Source of the DNA: Alphaproteobacteria bacterium
Lineage (GTDB): Bacteria > Pseudomonadota > Alphaproteobacteria > GCA-2731375
Direction: 5' to 3'
Assembly: GCA_965232515.1 (NCBI GenBank)
Contig: CBDDPY010000002.1
Location: 3,360,001-3,424,000 of the forward strand
DNA length: 64,000 nucleotides
Shown here: in pieces, positions 29,188 through 39,431 of the stretch
Layout of the letters: each line of letters begins with the position of its first letter
Numbering within the stretch: position 1 is the stretch's first letter
Made by a program: the position numbers and the translations under genes
Notes under the pieces: model-generated
Database searches by the model: none
What the model saw: only the letters and a program-made list of their open reading frames with translations
Told to the model about the DNA's origin: nothing

Positions 29188-29540
29188 TTCACCCCGCGAA
29201 GATCCTGTGCGACGACGAGCATGGACATTCCATCCGGCGCCGGCAAGCGCACGATATCATCGCGATGCCGCGGCGCGTCATCCGAGAGCACCTGACCACC
29301 ATCGCCCAGCCAGCGGGCGACTAGCCCGCATTTCTCAAACCCGGCACGGTCTGCGCGTGGGGTTCGATGTTCTTGCGGATCGACTCGGCGTGCGGCCGCA
29401 GATCGCGCCGGAACCCGGGCGGCGAATCGTCTGCCTTGTCCGCAAAAGGTCGCTTTCAGACATTTTCCCCGGCGCCGGATCGTGTCCATATTTCAAGACG
29501 GAATCGGGCGTCGATAGACCGCCAGCATGCGGAGAGAGAC

Positions 29541-32102
29541 ATGGCACGGATACCGGAACGGGCGAACGTCGTGATCATCGGCCTCGGCGGGATCGTGGGG
29601 GCATCGGTCGCCCATCACCTCGTCGAGCGGGGGTGGGACGACATCGTCGGCATCGACACATCGTCGATCCCAACCGATATCGGCTCGACATCGCATGCGT
29701 CGGATTTCTGCTACGCGACCAGCCACGATTTCCTCTCCTGCTGGACCACGCTCTATTCCATCGATTTCTACGAAAAGATGGGCCACTACGCCAAGGTGGG
29801 CGGGCTGGAAGTCGCCCGGGTCGGCGACGATGCCAGGATGGACGAGATCAAGCGCAAGGTCGCGTCCGGCAAGGCCTTCGGCACCGGCGCGCGGCTGGTG
29901 ACCCCGGCCGAAATCAAACAGAAGTTCCCCCCGATCGAGGAAGACCTGGTGCAGGGTGGCATGTGGGACCCCAATGCCGGGCTTGTCGTTCCGCGTTCGC
30001 AGGTCGTGGCCGGCCTGCTGGTCGAGAACGCCGAGAAATCCGGCAAGCTGAAAGCCTTCGCGAACACGCCCGCCACCGGCCTGATCATCGAGGACGGCCG
30101 CATCCGGGGCGTCGAAACCCCGCGCGGCAGGATCCTGGCCGACCGCGTCGTCGTCTGCGCCGGCCTCTGGGGGCGTCTCGTCGCCGGCATGGCCGGCGAG
30201 GACCTGCCCGTCATGCCGGTCGACCATCCGCTGCTTTGGTTCGGCCCCTATGACGCCTTCGCCGGCACCGGCAAGGACATCGGCTGGCCGCTGCTGCGCG
30301 ACCAGGGCAACTCCGCCTATATGCGCGACACGGGCGATCCCAAGACGACCGAAGGCGGCATGATCGAATGGGGCTACTACGAGGAAACCGAGCCGCGCCT
30401 CTGCCATCCGCGGGACCTGCTGGAGAAAACGCAAGCGCGCCTTTCGCCGTCCCAGCGCGACCTGGATATCGAGCAGGTCATGGAACCGCTGGAGCGGGCG
30501 ATGGAGCTGACGCCCGTTCTGTCGGCGCTTGGCTACGACGAGAAACGATCCTTCAACGGCCTGCTGCAGGTCACGACGGACGGCGGCCCCTCGATCGGCG
30601 AAAGCCAGAAGACGCGCGGCCTTTGGTATGCCGTCGCGATTTGGGTCAAGGACGGTCCGGGCATGGGCAAGCTGATCGCCGACTGGATGACGGACGGGCG
30701 CACGGAGATCGACCATCATGCGATCGACTATGCGCGCTTCTATCCGTTCCAGACCGACGAGGCGTTCATCCACGCGCGCTGCACCGAAACCGCGCGGAAG
30801 ATCTACAATCCGGCGGTGCATCCGCGCGAGCCCTTCGCCGGCGGCCGGGACGTGCGCCGCAGCCCCTTCTACGCGCGCGAAAAGGAGCTCGGCGGCTATT
30901 TCATGGAACTCGGCGGGTGGGAACGCGCGCACGGCTACGCCAGCAACGAACATTTGCTGGAGAAGTACGGAAATCAGGTGCCGGTGCGCGAAAACGAATG
31001 GGACAACCGGCATTTCTGGCGCGTCTCGAACGCCGAGCATCTCGAGATGAGCGCCGACGTCGGCATGGTCAACCTCTCGCACTTCGCCATGTACGACGTG
31101 ACCGGACCGGACCACGTCAAGTTCATGGAACATCTCTGCGTCGCCAGGGTCGGCGGCGACAATCAAGTCGGCAAGGGGATCTACACCCACTTCCTCGACG
31201 AACGGGGCATGGTGAAGGCCGACTTCACGGTGTTCCGCATGGCCGACCGCTTCCGTTTCATCGACGGCGCGGACGCGGGAAACCGGGACTTCGTCTACAT
31301 GAAACGCATGGCGGCCGATCTCGGCCATGACGTGGAAATTGCCGACGTCTCGACCGATTTCACCACGATCGGGCTTTGGGGCCCGAACGCCAGGGCGACG
31401 CTGCGCAAGGCGGTGACGGCGCCGGATGCCCTGGCCCACGAAAACTTCCCCTTCGCCGCGATCAGGCAAATCGAGATCGCCGGCAAGGAGGTCACGGCGT
31501 TCCGCATCTCGTATGTCGGCGAACAGGGCTGGGAACTGCACACGGCCTACGAGGACGGCCTCGCGGTCTGGGATGCGCTTCGGGCCCTGGACGTCATGCC
31601 GTTCGGGGTGGAGACCTACGCCAATTCCCGGCGGATGGAAAAGAGCCTGCGTCTGCAGAACGCGGATCTGCTGACCGAGTACAATCTGCTGGAAGCCGAC
31701 TTGGCGCGCCCGAAGGTCAAGGATGCGGACTTCATCGGAAAGGCAGCCTATCTGGAACACCGCGCGCGGGCGCATCAGCCGGCCATGCTCTGCACGCTGG
31801 TGATGACCGACAACGTGGATTCGAAGGGCGTCGCCCGTTATCCCGTCGGCATCCTGCCGATCCTGGATCCGGCGACCGGCGACACCCTGGTCGATACCGA
31901 AGGCCGCCGCTCCTTCACCACCTCCATCGCCTACGGCCCGTCGATCGGCAAGAACATCGCGCTCGGCTATCTGCCGCACGCGCACGCGGTCAAGGGCAAG
32001 ACGTTCCAGGTGGAGTATTTCGGCGAGACCTACCCGGTCGCGGTGGCCGGCGTCGGATATGCGCCGCTTTACGACCCGGACAACCTGAAGCCACGCTCAT
32101 AG
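29541..32102 (+). CDS. FAD-dependent oxidoreductase with GcvT domain (dimethylglycine/sarcosine dehydrogenase-like)
   Basis: GLGGIVG, GSTSHAS, RISYVGEQGWE, RMEK. Confidence 0.9.
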   Translation: MARIPERANVVIIGLGGIVGASVAHHLVERGWDDIVGIDTSSIPTDIGSTSHASDFCYATSHDFLSCWTTLYSIDFYEKMGHYAKVGGLEVARVGDDARMDEIKRKVASGKAFGTGARLVTPAEIKQKFPPIEEDLVQGGMWDPNAGLVVPRSQVVAGLLVENAEKSGKLKAFANTPATGLIIEDGRIRGVETPRGRILADRVVVCAGLWGRLVAGMAGEDLPVMPVDHPLLWFGPYDAFAGTGKDIGWPLLRDQGNSAYMRDTGDPKTTEGGMIEWGYYEETEPRLCHPRDLLEKTQARLSPSQRDLDIEQVMEPLERAMELTPVLSALGYDEKRSFNGLLQVTTDGGPSIGESQKTRGLWYAVAIWVKDGPGMGKLIADWMTDGRTEIDHHAIDYARFYPFQTDEAFIHARCTETARKIYNPAVHPREPFAGGRDVRRSPFYAREKELGGYFMELGGWERAHGYASNEHLLEKYGNQVPVRENEWDNRHFWRVSNAEHLEMSADVGMVNLSHFAMYDVTGPDHVKFMEHLCVARVGGDNQVGKGIYTHFLDERGMVKADFTVFRMADRFRFIDGADAGNRDFVYMKRMAADLGHDVEIADVSTDFTTIGLWGPNARATLRKAVTAPDALAHENFPFAAIRQIEIAGKEVTAFRISYVGEQGWELHTAYEDGLAVWDALRALDVMPFGVETYANSRRMEKSLRLQNADLLTEYNLLEADLARPKVKDADFIGKAAYLEHRARAHQPAMLCTLVMTDNVDSKGVARYPVGILPILDPATGDTLVDTEGRRSFTTSIAYGPSIGKNIALGYLPHAHAVKGKTFQVEYFGETYPVAVAGVGYAPLYDPDNLKPRS

Positions 32103-32236
32103 CGCGCCGTCCCTGCCCGCGGCGCCCGCGAAGCCGGCCGCGGCGCGGAAACGACGCAACGGTTCCTGGCATAATGACCGCGGCGATTTCCGAGGTGAGC
32201 ATCGCCACGTATCTATGATCCGCTCGAGGAGGCGGT

Positions 32237-32956
32237 GTGCTGGAAGCGATCATCGAGATCCAGCGCGAGATCTATTTTGCGCTCGGCGGGCACATCGGCC
32301 TTTTTGCCGAGGACGGCGACTGGACGACGCTCGCCGCCTTTCTGCCGCTCGGCGTCGTGTTCGGCGCCGTGCATGCCCTGACGCCGGGGCACAGCAAGGC
32401 GGTGCTCGCCACCTATCTCGCCGGGTCGCCGACAGGTCTCAGCCGGGGCCTGCTCGTGTCCTTGGCGCTGTCCTTCACCCATGTCACGTCGGCCATCGTC
32501 ATCGCGCTGCTGTCGCTGCCCCTGCTGACGCGCACGCTCGGCGGGGTCGGCGAGGCGCCGCTGCTGGAGGACCTGAGCCGCGGCCTGCTCGGTCTGATCG
32601 GGCTGTGGATGCTGTTTCAGGCCATGCGCCACCGGCCGCATGCCGTCGATGCCAGGACCGGCGTCGCCGCGGGCGTGACGGCGGGTCTGATCCCCTGCCC
32701 GCTGACGCTGTTCGTGATGACCTTCGCCATGGCGCGCGGGGTGCCGGAGGCGGGCCTCGCCTTCGCCGTGACCATGGTGGCGGGCGTGGCGCTGACGCTG
32801 TCGGGCGTCGCCGTGGCAACCGTGCTGTTCCGGCAATCGGTGATCCGCCTCATTCAGGAACGGCCGGCGGTTCTCGAACGCGTTGTCCGTGGGGTACAGG
32901 CGGCGGCGGGGCTGCTGCTCGTCGCCATCGCCATCGGCGAGCTCCTGTCGGGATGA
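32237..32956 (+). CDS. Nickel/cobalt transporter (RcnA/NicO-like)
   Basis: HALTPGHSK motif, GLIPCP, multiple TM helices. Confidence 0.85.
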   Translation: MLEAIIEIQREIYFALGGHIGLFAEDGDWTTLAAFLPLGVVFGAVHALTPGHSKAVLATYLAGSPTGLSRGLLVSLALSFTHVTSAIVIALLSLPLLTRTLGGVGEAPLLEDLSRGLLGLIGLWMLFQAMRHRPHAVDARTGVAAGVTAGLIPCPLTLFVMTFAMARGVPEAGLAFAVTMVAGVALTLSGVAVATVLFRQSVIRLIQERPAVLERVVRGVQAAAGLLLVAIAIGELLSG

Positions 32957-33008
32957 CAGCTTCCGGCGCAGCCGAATTTGGACGTGGGCGCGCCATGACC
33001 AAGCGTGC

Positions 33009-33899
33009 TCACGCCTTGCTCAGTTCCTCGGCCAGCAGGTCGTAGACGACGCGGATGCGGCGGCTGGTGTGGAGCTCGCGGTGGGTGACCAGCCAGATCG
33101 GCACCGGGATCGACACGACGTCGGGCAGAATGGGTTCGAGGCCGGGCATCTGGGCCGCATCGTATTTGAACAGGATGCCGATGCCGAGGCCCTGCTGCAT
33201 CAGCGCCAGCATCACGGTGCCGCTCTCGGTGAGGAGCTTGACGTTCCGCACGGTCAGCGACAGGCCGAACGGGTTCAGGACCGGCGGCAGCCGCTCGGGA
33301 TGCTCGAAGCCGATGAAGTCGGCGTCCGACAGGTCGGCCGGCGTGTCGGGCCGACCGTAGCGGTCGAGATAGTCGGGCGATGCGTAGAGGTGGGCGGTGG
33401 TCTCGCCGACCAGTTTGGCGATCAGGTCCGGCTGTTCGGGCCGCCCGTGCCGGATGGCGATATCGGCCTCGCGCCGGGTCAGGTCACGGACCTCGTTCAC
33501 GGCGAGAATGTCGATCTGGATGCCCGGCGCGATCGCACGCAGCCGTTTCAGCATGGCCGGCAGATGATATGTCGCCAGCATGTTGGTCGCGGTGATGCGG
33601 ACCAGGCCCTCGACGGCCTGCGACCGGCCGGACGCCGCCAGCGAAATGCGGCCGGCGGCATCGCCCATGGACCGGAAATGATCGAGCAGCGCGAGCCCGG
33701 CCTCGGTCAGCGCCAGCGAGCGGCCGACCCGCTCGAACAGCGTCACGCCGAGGTCGGCCTCAAGCGCCGCGACCTGCCGGCTGAGCGTCGGCTGGGTCTG
33801 GCCGAGGGCCCGGGCGGCCGCCGATAGCGAGCCCGCCTCGGCGGTGGCGAGGAAGGCCCGGGCCTGGTTCCAGTCGAAGGCGGCGATCACTCGATCCAT
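33009..33899 (-). CDS. LysR family regulator
   Basis: FDWNQARAF..GSLSAAARALG.TQPTLSR HTH. Confidence 0.95.
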   Translation of the reverse strand: MDRVIAAFDWNQARAFLATAEAGSLSAAARALGQTQPTLSRQVAALEADLGVTLFERVGRSLALTEAGLALLDHFRSMGDAAGRISLAASGRSQAVEGLVRITATNMLATYHLPAMLKRLRAIAPGIQIDILAVNEVRDLTRREADIAIRHGRPEQPDLIAKLVGETTAHLYASPDYLDRYGRPDTPADLSDADFIGFEHPERLPPVLNPFGLSLTVRNVKLLTESGTVMLALMQQGLGIGILFKYDAAQMPGLEPILPDVVSIPVPIWLVTHRELHTSRRIRVVYDLLAEELSKA

Positions 33900-33984
33900 G
33901 CATATTCGTATAACGAAAATCGAAATTTCGGCAATTTCTATTTGATCGATGCATGGATAGGTAGGCCGCGAAAGGAGCCACCCC

Positions 33985-34740
33985 ATGCATTCCCTTGGTC
34001 ACCCCGCCACGTCCGCCGTTGTCCGCGCCGAGGACGACACGATTCCCGTGCTGGCCCGCTGGATCGGCTCGTGGCAGATCTCGCTGCGGCGCCGACCGCT
34101 GAGCGCGGTCGAGCTTAGCCGCAACTACGACCGGGCCGCGCCGGACTGGGGCCGAACGATTGACCGGCTCGGCGTGCCGCATGCCTACGAGGCAATGCTC
34201 CGTCGCGTTCTGTCCGAGGACGCGCCGGTCGTTCGCAAGACGCGGCGTCGCGTCCTCGATTGCGGCGTCGGCACCGGCGCCCTTGCCTGCGCGCTTGCCC
34301 GCGTCCTGCCGGATCCGTTCAGGCTGGACGCCATCGACATCTCGCCGCGCATGCTGGCGCTGGCTCACGGCCAGTTCCGCGATCTCGGCATCGAGGCGAC
34401 ATTGCGGCAAGGCGACGTCTGCCGCCTGCCCTACGACAATGCCGCGTTCGATCTGGTGATCACCGGCCATGTGCTGGAACACCTCGCCGATCCGGGCGCG
34501 GCGCTCGCGGAGATGGTCCGGGTGTTGAAGCCGGGCGGCCGGCTGATCGCCTGCCTGACCCGCCGCAGCGCCCTCGGCATCTATGTGCAGCTGAAATGGC
34601 GCACGCACCGGGTGACCCCGGCCGAGGCCGAGCGCTGGCTCCGCGCCGCGGGCCTGCGCGATGTCGACTGCCCGCCGGTCGACGCCCATGCCGTCAGCCG
34701 GCAGCTCAGCCTTGCCTGCATCGGCCGGAAGCCGTTCTAA
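33985..34740 (+). CDS. Class I SAM-dependent methyltransferase
   Basis: VLDCGVGTG, DISPRM, LKPGG. Confidence 0.88.
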   Translation: MHSLGHPATSAVVRAEDDTIPVLARWIGSWQISLRRRPLSAVELSRNYDRAAPDWGRTIDRLGVPHAYEAMLRRVLSEDAPVVRKTRRRVLDCGVGTGALACALARVLPDPFRLDAIDISPRMLALAHGQFRDLGIEATLRQGDVCRLPYDNAAFDLVITGHVLEHLADPGAALAEMVRVLKPGGRLIACLTRRSALGIYVQLKWRTHRVTPAEAERWLRAAGLRDVDCPPVDAHAVSRQLSLACIGRKPF

Positions 34741-34762
34741 GATGTCTGCAACGGAGAAAAAC

Positions 34763-35386
34763 ATGCAGCCGGACATCCGCTTCTACGACCGCGTTGCCGA
34801 ACGCTATGCCAAGAAGCCGATCGCCGACCAAGACGCCTACCAGCGGAAGCTGCGGACCACGCGCCAATACCTGCGGTCCGATATGGAAGTCCTGGAGTTC
34901 GGCTGTGGCACCGGCGGGACCGCCATCGCGCATACGCCGTTCGTGAAGCACATCCTGGCGATCGATTTCTCGGCCGCGATGATCGACATCGCCCGGCGCA
35001 AGGCCGCAGCGGCCGATGTCAAGAACGTGACCTTCGAACAGGCCGACATCGACGACTTCCAGGCGCCCGACGGCAGTTTCGATGCGGTCATGGGCCACAG
35101 CGTCCTGCATCTGCTGGACGACAGGGACGCCACCATCGCCAAGGTGCATCGCCTGCTGAAGCCCGGCGGCGTATTCGTCAGCAGCACGACATGCGTGGGC
35201 GATACCATGAAGATCTTCAAGATCATCGGGCCCATCGGCCGGCGCCTGGGCCTGCTGCCCCTGCTCCGGGTCTTCACCACGACGGACCTGACGGACAGCC
35301 TGACCGCCGCCGGCTTCGCCATCGACCACCAATGGCAGCCGGCCCGCGGCAAGGCCGTGTTCATCGTCGCCAGGAAGGCGGCCTAG
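34763..35386 (+). CDS. Class I SAM-dependent methyltransferase
   Basis: VLEFGCGTG, DFSAAM, LKPGG; GGAG RBS. Confidence 0.9.
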   Translation: MQPDIRFYDRVAERYAKKPIADQDAYQRKLRTTRQYLRSDMEVLEFGCGTGGTAIAHTPFVKHILAIDFSAAMIDIARRKAAAADVKNVTFEQADIDDFQAPDGSFDAVMGHSVLHLLDDRDATIAKVHRLLKPGGVFVSSTTCVGDTMKIFKIIGPIGRRLGLLPLLRVFTTTDLTDSLTAAGFAIDHQWQPARGKAVFIVARKAA

Positions 35387-35405
35387 CCCTCGCCCTGTCG
35401 GCCGG

Positions 35406-36041
35406 CTACCGTTCCGGCGCGGTGAGGGCCGCGGCGCCAGGCGTCTGGTGCGCCTCGCGCAAGCGGCGCAGGTGGGCTTCGTAGAGCACAAAGCCGATTT
35501 GCCGGTCGACGGCGAAGAGCCAGGCGATCAGCCAGCCGGGAAAGCGCCGCCAGCGGGCGAGCCCGAGCGCGCGCAGGAAACCGTCCACGCCCTCCTCGCA
35601 GAGCGGCGAGGCATAGGCGTCGGCCACCGTCACCTCGTGGCGCACGCGCAGCCAGCGCAGGTCGCGCACGATCCGCCGAACCTCGGGCTTCAGGCGCTTC
35701 ATTTCCTGCCGCCGCCGCCAGGCGGTCAATGCCTCGTCCACGGCATCGGCCGGCCGCACGGCGCGGGCGTGATAGGGCCGCCGGTAGGCGGGGTTCCTGA
35801 CCAGCCAGATCAACCGCCCTTCGGTGGTGATCGCGCGCGTGGCGGTGATCTCCGTCCCCGGCGCCGTGTAGCAGTTCCGCGGATCGAGCCAGGTCGACAC
35901 CCAGTCCGCGCGCAGGAACTGAAGTCCGTCCGCGAGCCGGTCCAGGCAAACGGCCTGCCCCGTCACACCGGGCCGCACCGTCAACAGCCGCCGCTTCAGC
36001 ACCGCCGAAGGAATTTTTACGTAGTGTCGATACCGCGCCAT
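35406..36041 (-). CDS. Hypothetical basic protein
   Basis: GC3-rich ORF, globular-looking translation; no recognised family. Confidence 0.55.
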   Translation of the reverse strand: MARYRHYVKIPSAVLKRRLLTVRPGVTGQAVCLDRLADGLQFLRADWVSTWLDPRNCYTAPGTEITATRAITTEGRLIWLVRNPAYRRPYHARAVRPADAVDEALTAWRRRQEMKRLKPEVRRIVRDLRWLRVRHEVTVADAYASPLCEEGVDGFLRALGLARWRRFPGWLIAWLFAVDRQIGFVLYEAHLRRLREAHQTPGAAALTAPER

Positions 36042-36307
36042 GCCTGCAACTCCGATTGTTCCGTCCCGCATGGCGCAGGTGCGGTTGGCCATGCCGTCGG
36101 GCCATCCTGTCCGCTGGCGGCAGCGCGCGAAATCCAACCTTCGCCGGCTTTATCCGATTTTGGCAGGAAAACCGGGGCGCATCGGAAGCAGCGAACCGGA
36201 TTCGCAGCAGACACCGCCGGCGGGGCAAGGCGCGGCGCGTTGCCGCTTTATCCGCGTCGTGCTACTGCATCGCAACATAGGTTGCTGCGCCGCGGTGGAG
36301 GGCACGG

Positions 36308-37522
36308 ATGCGCAGAATACTGTTGCGGACGGTCCTGCTCGTTCTGACGCTCGCGGGCACCGCCGAAGCGCAGCCGCTGCCCGAACTGACGCTCGCCCAA
36401 GACGCGACGACCGTATCGGGCCTGTCGAGCGGCGCCCACATGGCCGTGCAGATGCATGTGGCGTTTTCCGAGCGTATCGCCGGCGCCGGCGTCGTTGCCG
36501 GCGGGCCCTATTACTGCGCGCGCGGCGATGTGCTGACCGCGCTGAACCAGTGCATGCGGACGGCGCCGGGCGGCCCCGACGCGGCGGCCCTGCGGACGGC
36601 CGCGGAAGGCTTCGCGGCGGCCGGGCGGATCGATCCGTTGCGCGGCCTTGCCGGCGACCGGGTCTACCTGTTCAGCGGCAGCAAGGATCGGACGGTGCGG
36701 CGGCCGGCGATGGACGCGGCGCGGGACTTCTATCTCGCCGCCGGGGTCGCGGCGGCGGATATCCGATACGTGACGGACGTGCCGGCCGGCCATGCCTTCC
36801 TGGCGCCCGACGGCCCCAACGCCTGCGCGGCGACCCGGCCGCCCTTCGTCAACGATTGCGGCATCGACCAGGCCGGCGACATCTTGACCTGGCTGTACGG
36901 CGACCTGTCAGCGCCGGCGGCGGCCGAACCGGCGCGTCTGCGCGCCTTCGACCAAAGCGCCTTTCTCGCCGATCCGGAAGCGCACGGCATGGCCGCGACC
37001 GGGTTCGTCTATGTGCCGGCGGCCTGCGAGGCCGGCGAGACCTGCCGGCTGCACATCGCCTTTCACGGCTGCGAACAGACGCCGGACCGGATCGGCGACC
37101 TCTACGCGCGGACGACGGGCTATAACGGCTGGGCGGAAGCCAACGATATCGTCGTGCTGTATCCGCAGGCGCAGATCATACCTTCGCCGCTCACCAATCC
37201 GTTCGGCGGCAACCCGAAGGGCTGCTGGGACTGGTGGGGCTATGACGACGCCGTCTATTACGCGCGCGAGGGCCGGCAGATGGCGGCGGTCGCCAAGATG
37301 GCGGCGCGGCTCGGCGCACCGGTCGGCGCCGTTGGCGACGATCGGTTCTGCGCCCGCCACCAAGCCGCCAACTGGACCCACTGGCTGGAAGACCGGGTCA
37401 CGTTCTGCGGCTTCTACTGGGTCTGCGCGGTCGGCTCGGGCGACGCGGTCGGGTCCGTCTATGCGCCGTCGACGCTGTTCGAGAGCCCCGAGGGCGTCTT
37501 CTCGACCACCTCGTGCGAGTAG
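36308..37522 (+). CDS. Secreted PHB depolymerase-like esterase
   Basis: Signal peptide, SGLSSG lipase box, AGGPYYCA, FHGC, NPKGCWDWWGY. Confidence 0.88.
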   Translation: MRRILLRTVLLVLTLAGTAEAQPLPELTLAQDATTVSGLSSGAHMAVQMHVAFSERIAGAGVVAGGPYYCARGDVLTALNQCMRTAPGGPDAAALRTAAEGFAAAGRIDPLRGLAGDRVYLFSGSKDRTVRRPAMDAARDFYLAAGVAAADIRYVTDVPAGHAFLAPDGPNACAATRPPFVNDCGIDQAGDILTWLYGDLSAPAAAEPARLRAFDQSAFLADPEAHGMAATGFVYVPAACEAGETCRLHIAFHGCEQTPDRIGDLYARTTGYNGWAEANDIVVLYPQAQIIPSPLTNPFGGNPKGCWDWWGYDDAVYYAREGRQMAAVAKMAARLGAPVGAVGDDRFCARHQAANWTHWLEDRVTFCGFYWVCAVGSGDAVGSVYAPSTLFESPEGVFSTTSCE

Positions 37523-37548
37523 CGCCAGCGCCGAACGTCCGGGCGCGC

Positions 37549-37998
37549 TCACTGCCCTTCGAAGTGGAAAACGATCTCCCGCGGCCGGGGCGTGCGCCGG
37601 TTTTCGAACATGAAGATGCCCTGGTAGCGGCCGAGCAGCAGTTCGCCGTCGGCGATGGGAACGGCCAGGTGCGTCTGGGTCAGCGCGCCCTTGATATGAG
37701 CCGGCATGTCGTCAGGGCCTTCGGCGTCATGGCGATAATGGGTCGCGCCTTCCGGCGCCTGCGCGGCGAAGAAATCCTCGAGATCGCGCAACACGTCGGA
37801 GTCCACGTTTTCCTGGATGAGCAGCGAGGCCGAGGTATGGCGCATAAAGAGCGTCAACAGCCCCGCCGCCAAGGCATTCGCGTCGATCCAATTCCGGACA
37901 TCACCAGTGATCTCGAACAGGCCCTGACGCGGCGCCGTCACGGTGTGACGCGCCTGGACGAACTTTTTCACGGAGAGCGGCGTGGCTATGGCATCCAT
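37549..37998 (-). CDS. yjbQ: YjbQ/UPF0047 family protein
   Basis: HTSASLLIQEN, HDAEGPDDMPAHIK, LGRYQGI. Confidence 0.9.
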   Translation of the reverse strand: MDAIATPLSVKKFVQARHTVTAPRQGLFEITGDVRNWIDANALAAGLLTLFMRHTSASLLIQENVDSDVLRDLEDFFAAQAPEGATHYRHDAEGPDDMPAHIKGALTQTHLAVPIADGELLLGRYQGIFMFENRRTPRPREIVFHFEGQ

Positions 37999-38009
37999 AA
38001 CGATCCTTT

Positions 38010-38339
38010 CTAGTAGCGCGGCATGTCCGGCGCGATCAGCCGGGACCAGGCGTCGATCCCGCCGGCCAGGTTCCAGGCATTGTCGAAGCCGTTGTCGCGT
38101 AGAAACGCCGTGACCATGGCGCTGCGCACCCCGTGATGGCAGACCACGACCAGCGGCCGGGCGCGGGGCAGCGTTTCGATCTGTCGCGGCACCTGCTGCA
38201 TGGGAATGGTGACACTGCCGTCGATGACGCAAATCGCCACCTCGGCCGGTTCGCGAATATCGAGCACGGTGTGGGCGGCGCCGTCGGCACGCATCCCGGC
38301 CAGGATCTGAACGTCGATATCGTGGTCTGGGCGTTGCAT
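38010..38339 (-). CDS. Rhodanese-like sulfurtransferase
   Basis: LDIREP, VCHHGVRS, NLAGGIDAW. Confidence 0.9.
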   Translation of the reverse strand: MQRPDHDIDVQILAGMRADGAAHTVLDIREPAEVAICVIDGSVTIPMQQVPRQIETLPRARPLVVVCHHGVRSAMVTAFLRDNGFDNAWNLAGGIDAWSRLIAPDMPRY

Positions 38340-38390
38340 GCGGTGCGCCCCGCCTAGGCGCAAGCGCACGAGATGCGCACGCCCACAAGC

Positions 38391-38633
38391 CTAGCCCGCG
38401 TCGGAAAACACGCAGTCCGGCGGATCGGCCTCGCGCCGGCCGAGACGCGGGTCGTAGCGAAACAGCGTCGCGCAGTAGGAACAGCGGATCGTGTCCGCCG
38501 CGCCCATCTCGAGAAAGATATGCGGATGGTCGTGGGGCGTGGATGCGCCGGCGCACTTGAATTCCTTGACGCCGATGCGGATCTCCGGAATGCCCCGATC
38601 GTTCTTGAACTTCGCATAGCCGTCACCCGCCAT
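38391..38633 (-). CDS. zf-CHCC zinc-finger protein
   Basis: FKCAG..PHDHPHIFL..CSYC. Confidence 0.85.
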   Translation of the reverse strand: MAGDGYAKFKNDRGIPEIRIGVKEFKCAGASTPHDHPHIFLEMGAADTIRCSYCATLFRYDPRLGRREADPPDCVFSDAG

Positions 38634-38835
38634 CGCGTCTCGCCAGCTCACGCTCGATGAGCGCGATTTCGGTGAACTGCTGATCCAGCGAACGGTCGCT
38701 CAGCCGGCCGCCGTCGATCAGCCCGCGGAGTTCCGCGCGCTTCGTTTCGAGCTCGCCGCGCGTGAATCCGGCCCAGGCGTTCGCCACCGGCGTCGGCGCG
38801 GACCGTTGCCGGCGCGCGGGCGGTCGTTGCGTCAT
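38623..38835 (-). CDS. Small hypothetical protein (70 aa)
   Basis: ATGA overlap with the nfuA stop; overlaps the zf-CHCC start; helical-hairpin-like sequence. Confidence 0.55.
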   Translation of the reverse strand: MTQRPPARRQRSAPTPVANAWAGFTRGELETKRAELRGLIDGGRLSDRSLDQQFTEIALIERELARRDGG

Positions 38836-39386
38836 GCCGGCCGCACCTCGACGACTTCGGGGATGTAGTGGCGCAGCATGTTCTCGATCCCCGCCTTCAG
38901 GGTCGCCGTCGAACTGGGGCAGCCGGCGCAGGAGCCCTGCATGTGCAGGTAGACGACGCCCTGCTCGAAGCCGTGAAACAGGATGTCGCCGCCGTCCTGG
39001 GCCACGGCCGGCCGGACGCGCGTGTCCAGAAGCTCCTTGATCTGGACGACGATCTCGTCGTCCTCGTCGGCGCCGGCATGCGCCGACACCGCACCGCCGC
39101 CGCCGCTGAACAGCGGCGCGCCGGACGTGAAGTGCTCCATGATCAGACCCAGGATCGAGGGCTTGAGCCGGGCCCAATCGCGATCGTCGGACTTCGTCAC
39201 GGTGATGAAGTCGGCCCCGAAGAACACGCCGGCGACGCCGTCGATCTCGTAGAGACCGGCCGCCAGCGGCGAGACCGCCGCATCCTCGCGCGTCGGAAAG
39301 TTGGCCGTGCCGCCGGGCATCACCGCCTGGCCCGGCAGGAACTTGAGCGTCGCCGGATTGGGGGTCGCTTCGGTTTGAATGAACAT
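38832..39386 (-). CDS. nfuA: Nfu-type Fe-S carrier (NifU family)
   Basis: MFIQTEATPNPATLKFLPG, VRPAVAQDGGD, GSCAGCPSS. Confidence 0.93.
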   Translation of the reverse strand: MFIQTEATPNPATLKFLPGQAVMPGGTANFPTREDAAVSPLAAGLYEIDGVAGVFFGADFITVTKSDDRDWARLKPSILGLIMEHFTSGAPLFSGGGGAVSAHAGADEDDEIVVQIKELLDTRVRPAVAQDGGDILFHGFEQGVVYLHMQGSCAGCPSSTATLKAGIENMLRHYIPEVVEVRPA

Positions 39387-39431
39387 CCTTTGGATCTCCT
39401 GCTTCGACCGGTCCTGCGCCGTCGGTCCGGG

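Noticed and set aside
29188-29540. Glycine or THF riboswitch upstream of the GcvT-family gene
   Set aside because: GGAGAG is simply the RBS; no aptamer structure recognised
29493-31985. 830-aa antisense ORF and similar long shadow ORFs throughout
   Set aside because: Expected in high-GC DNA; they overlap well-supported genes and lack motifs
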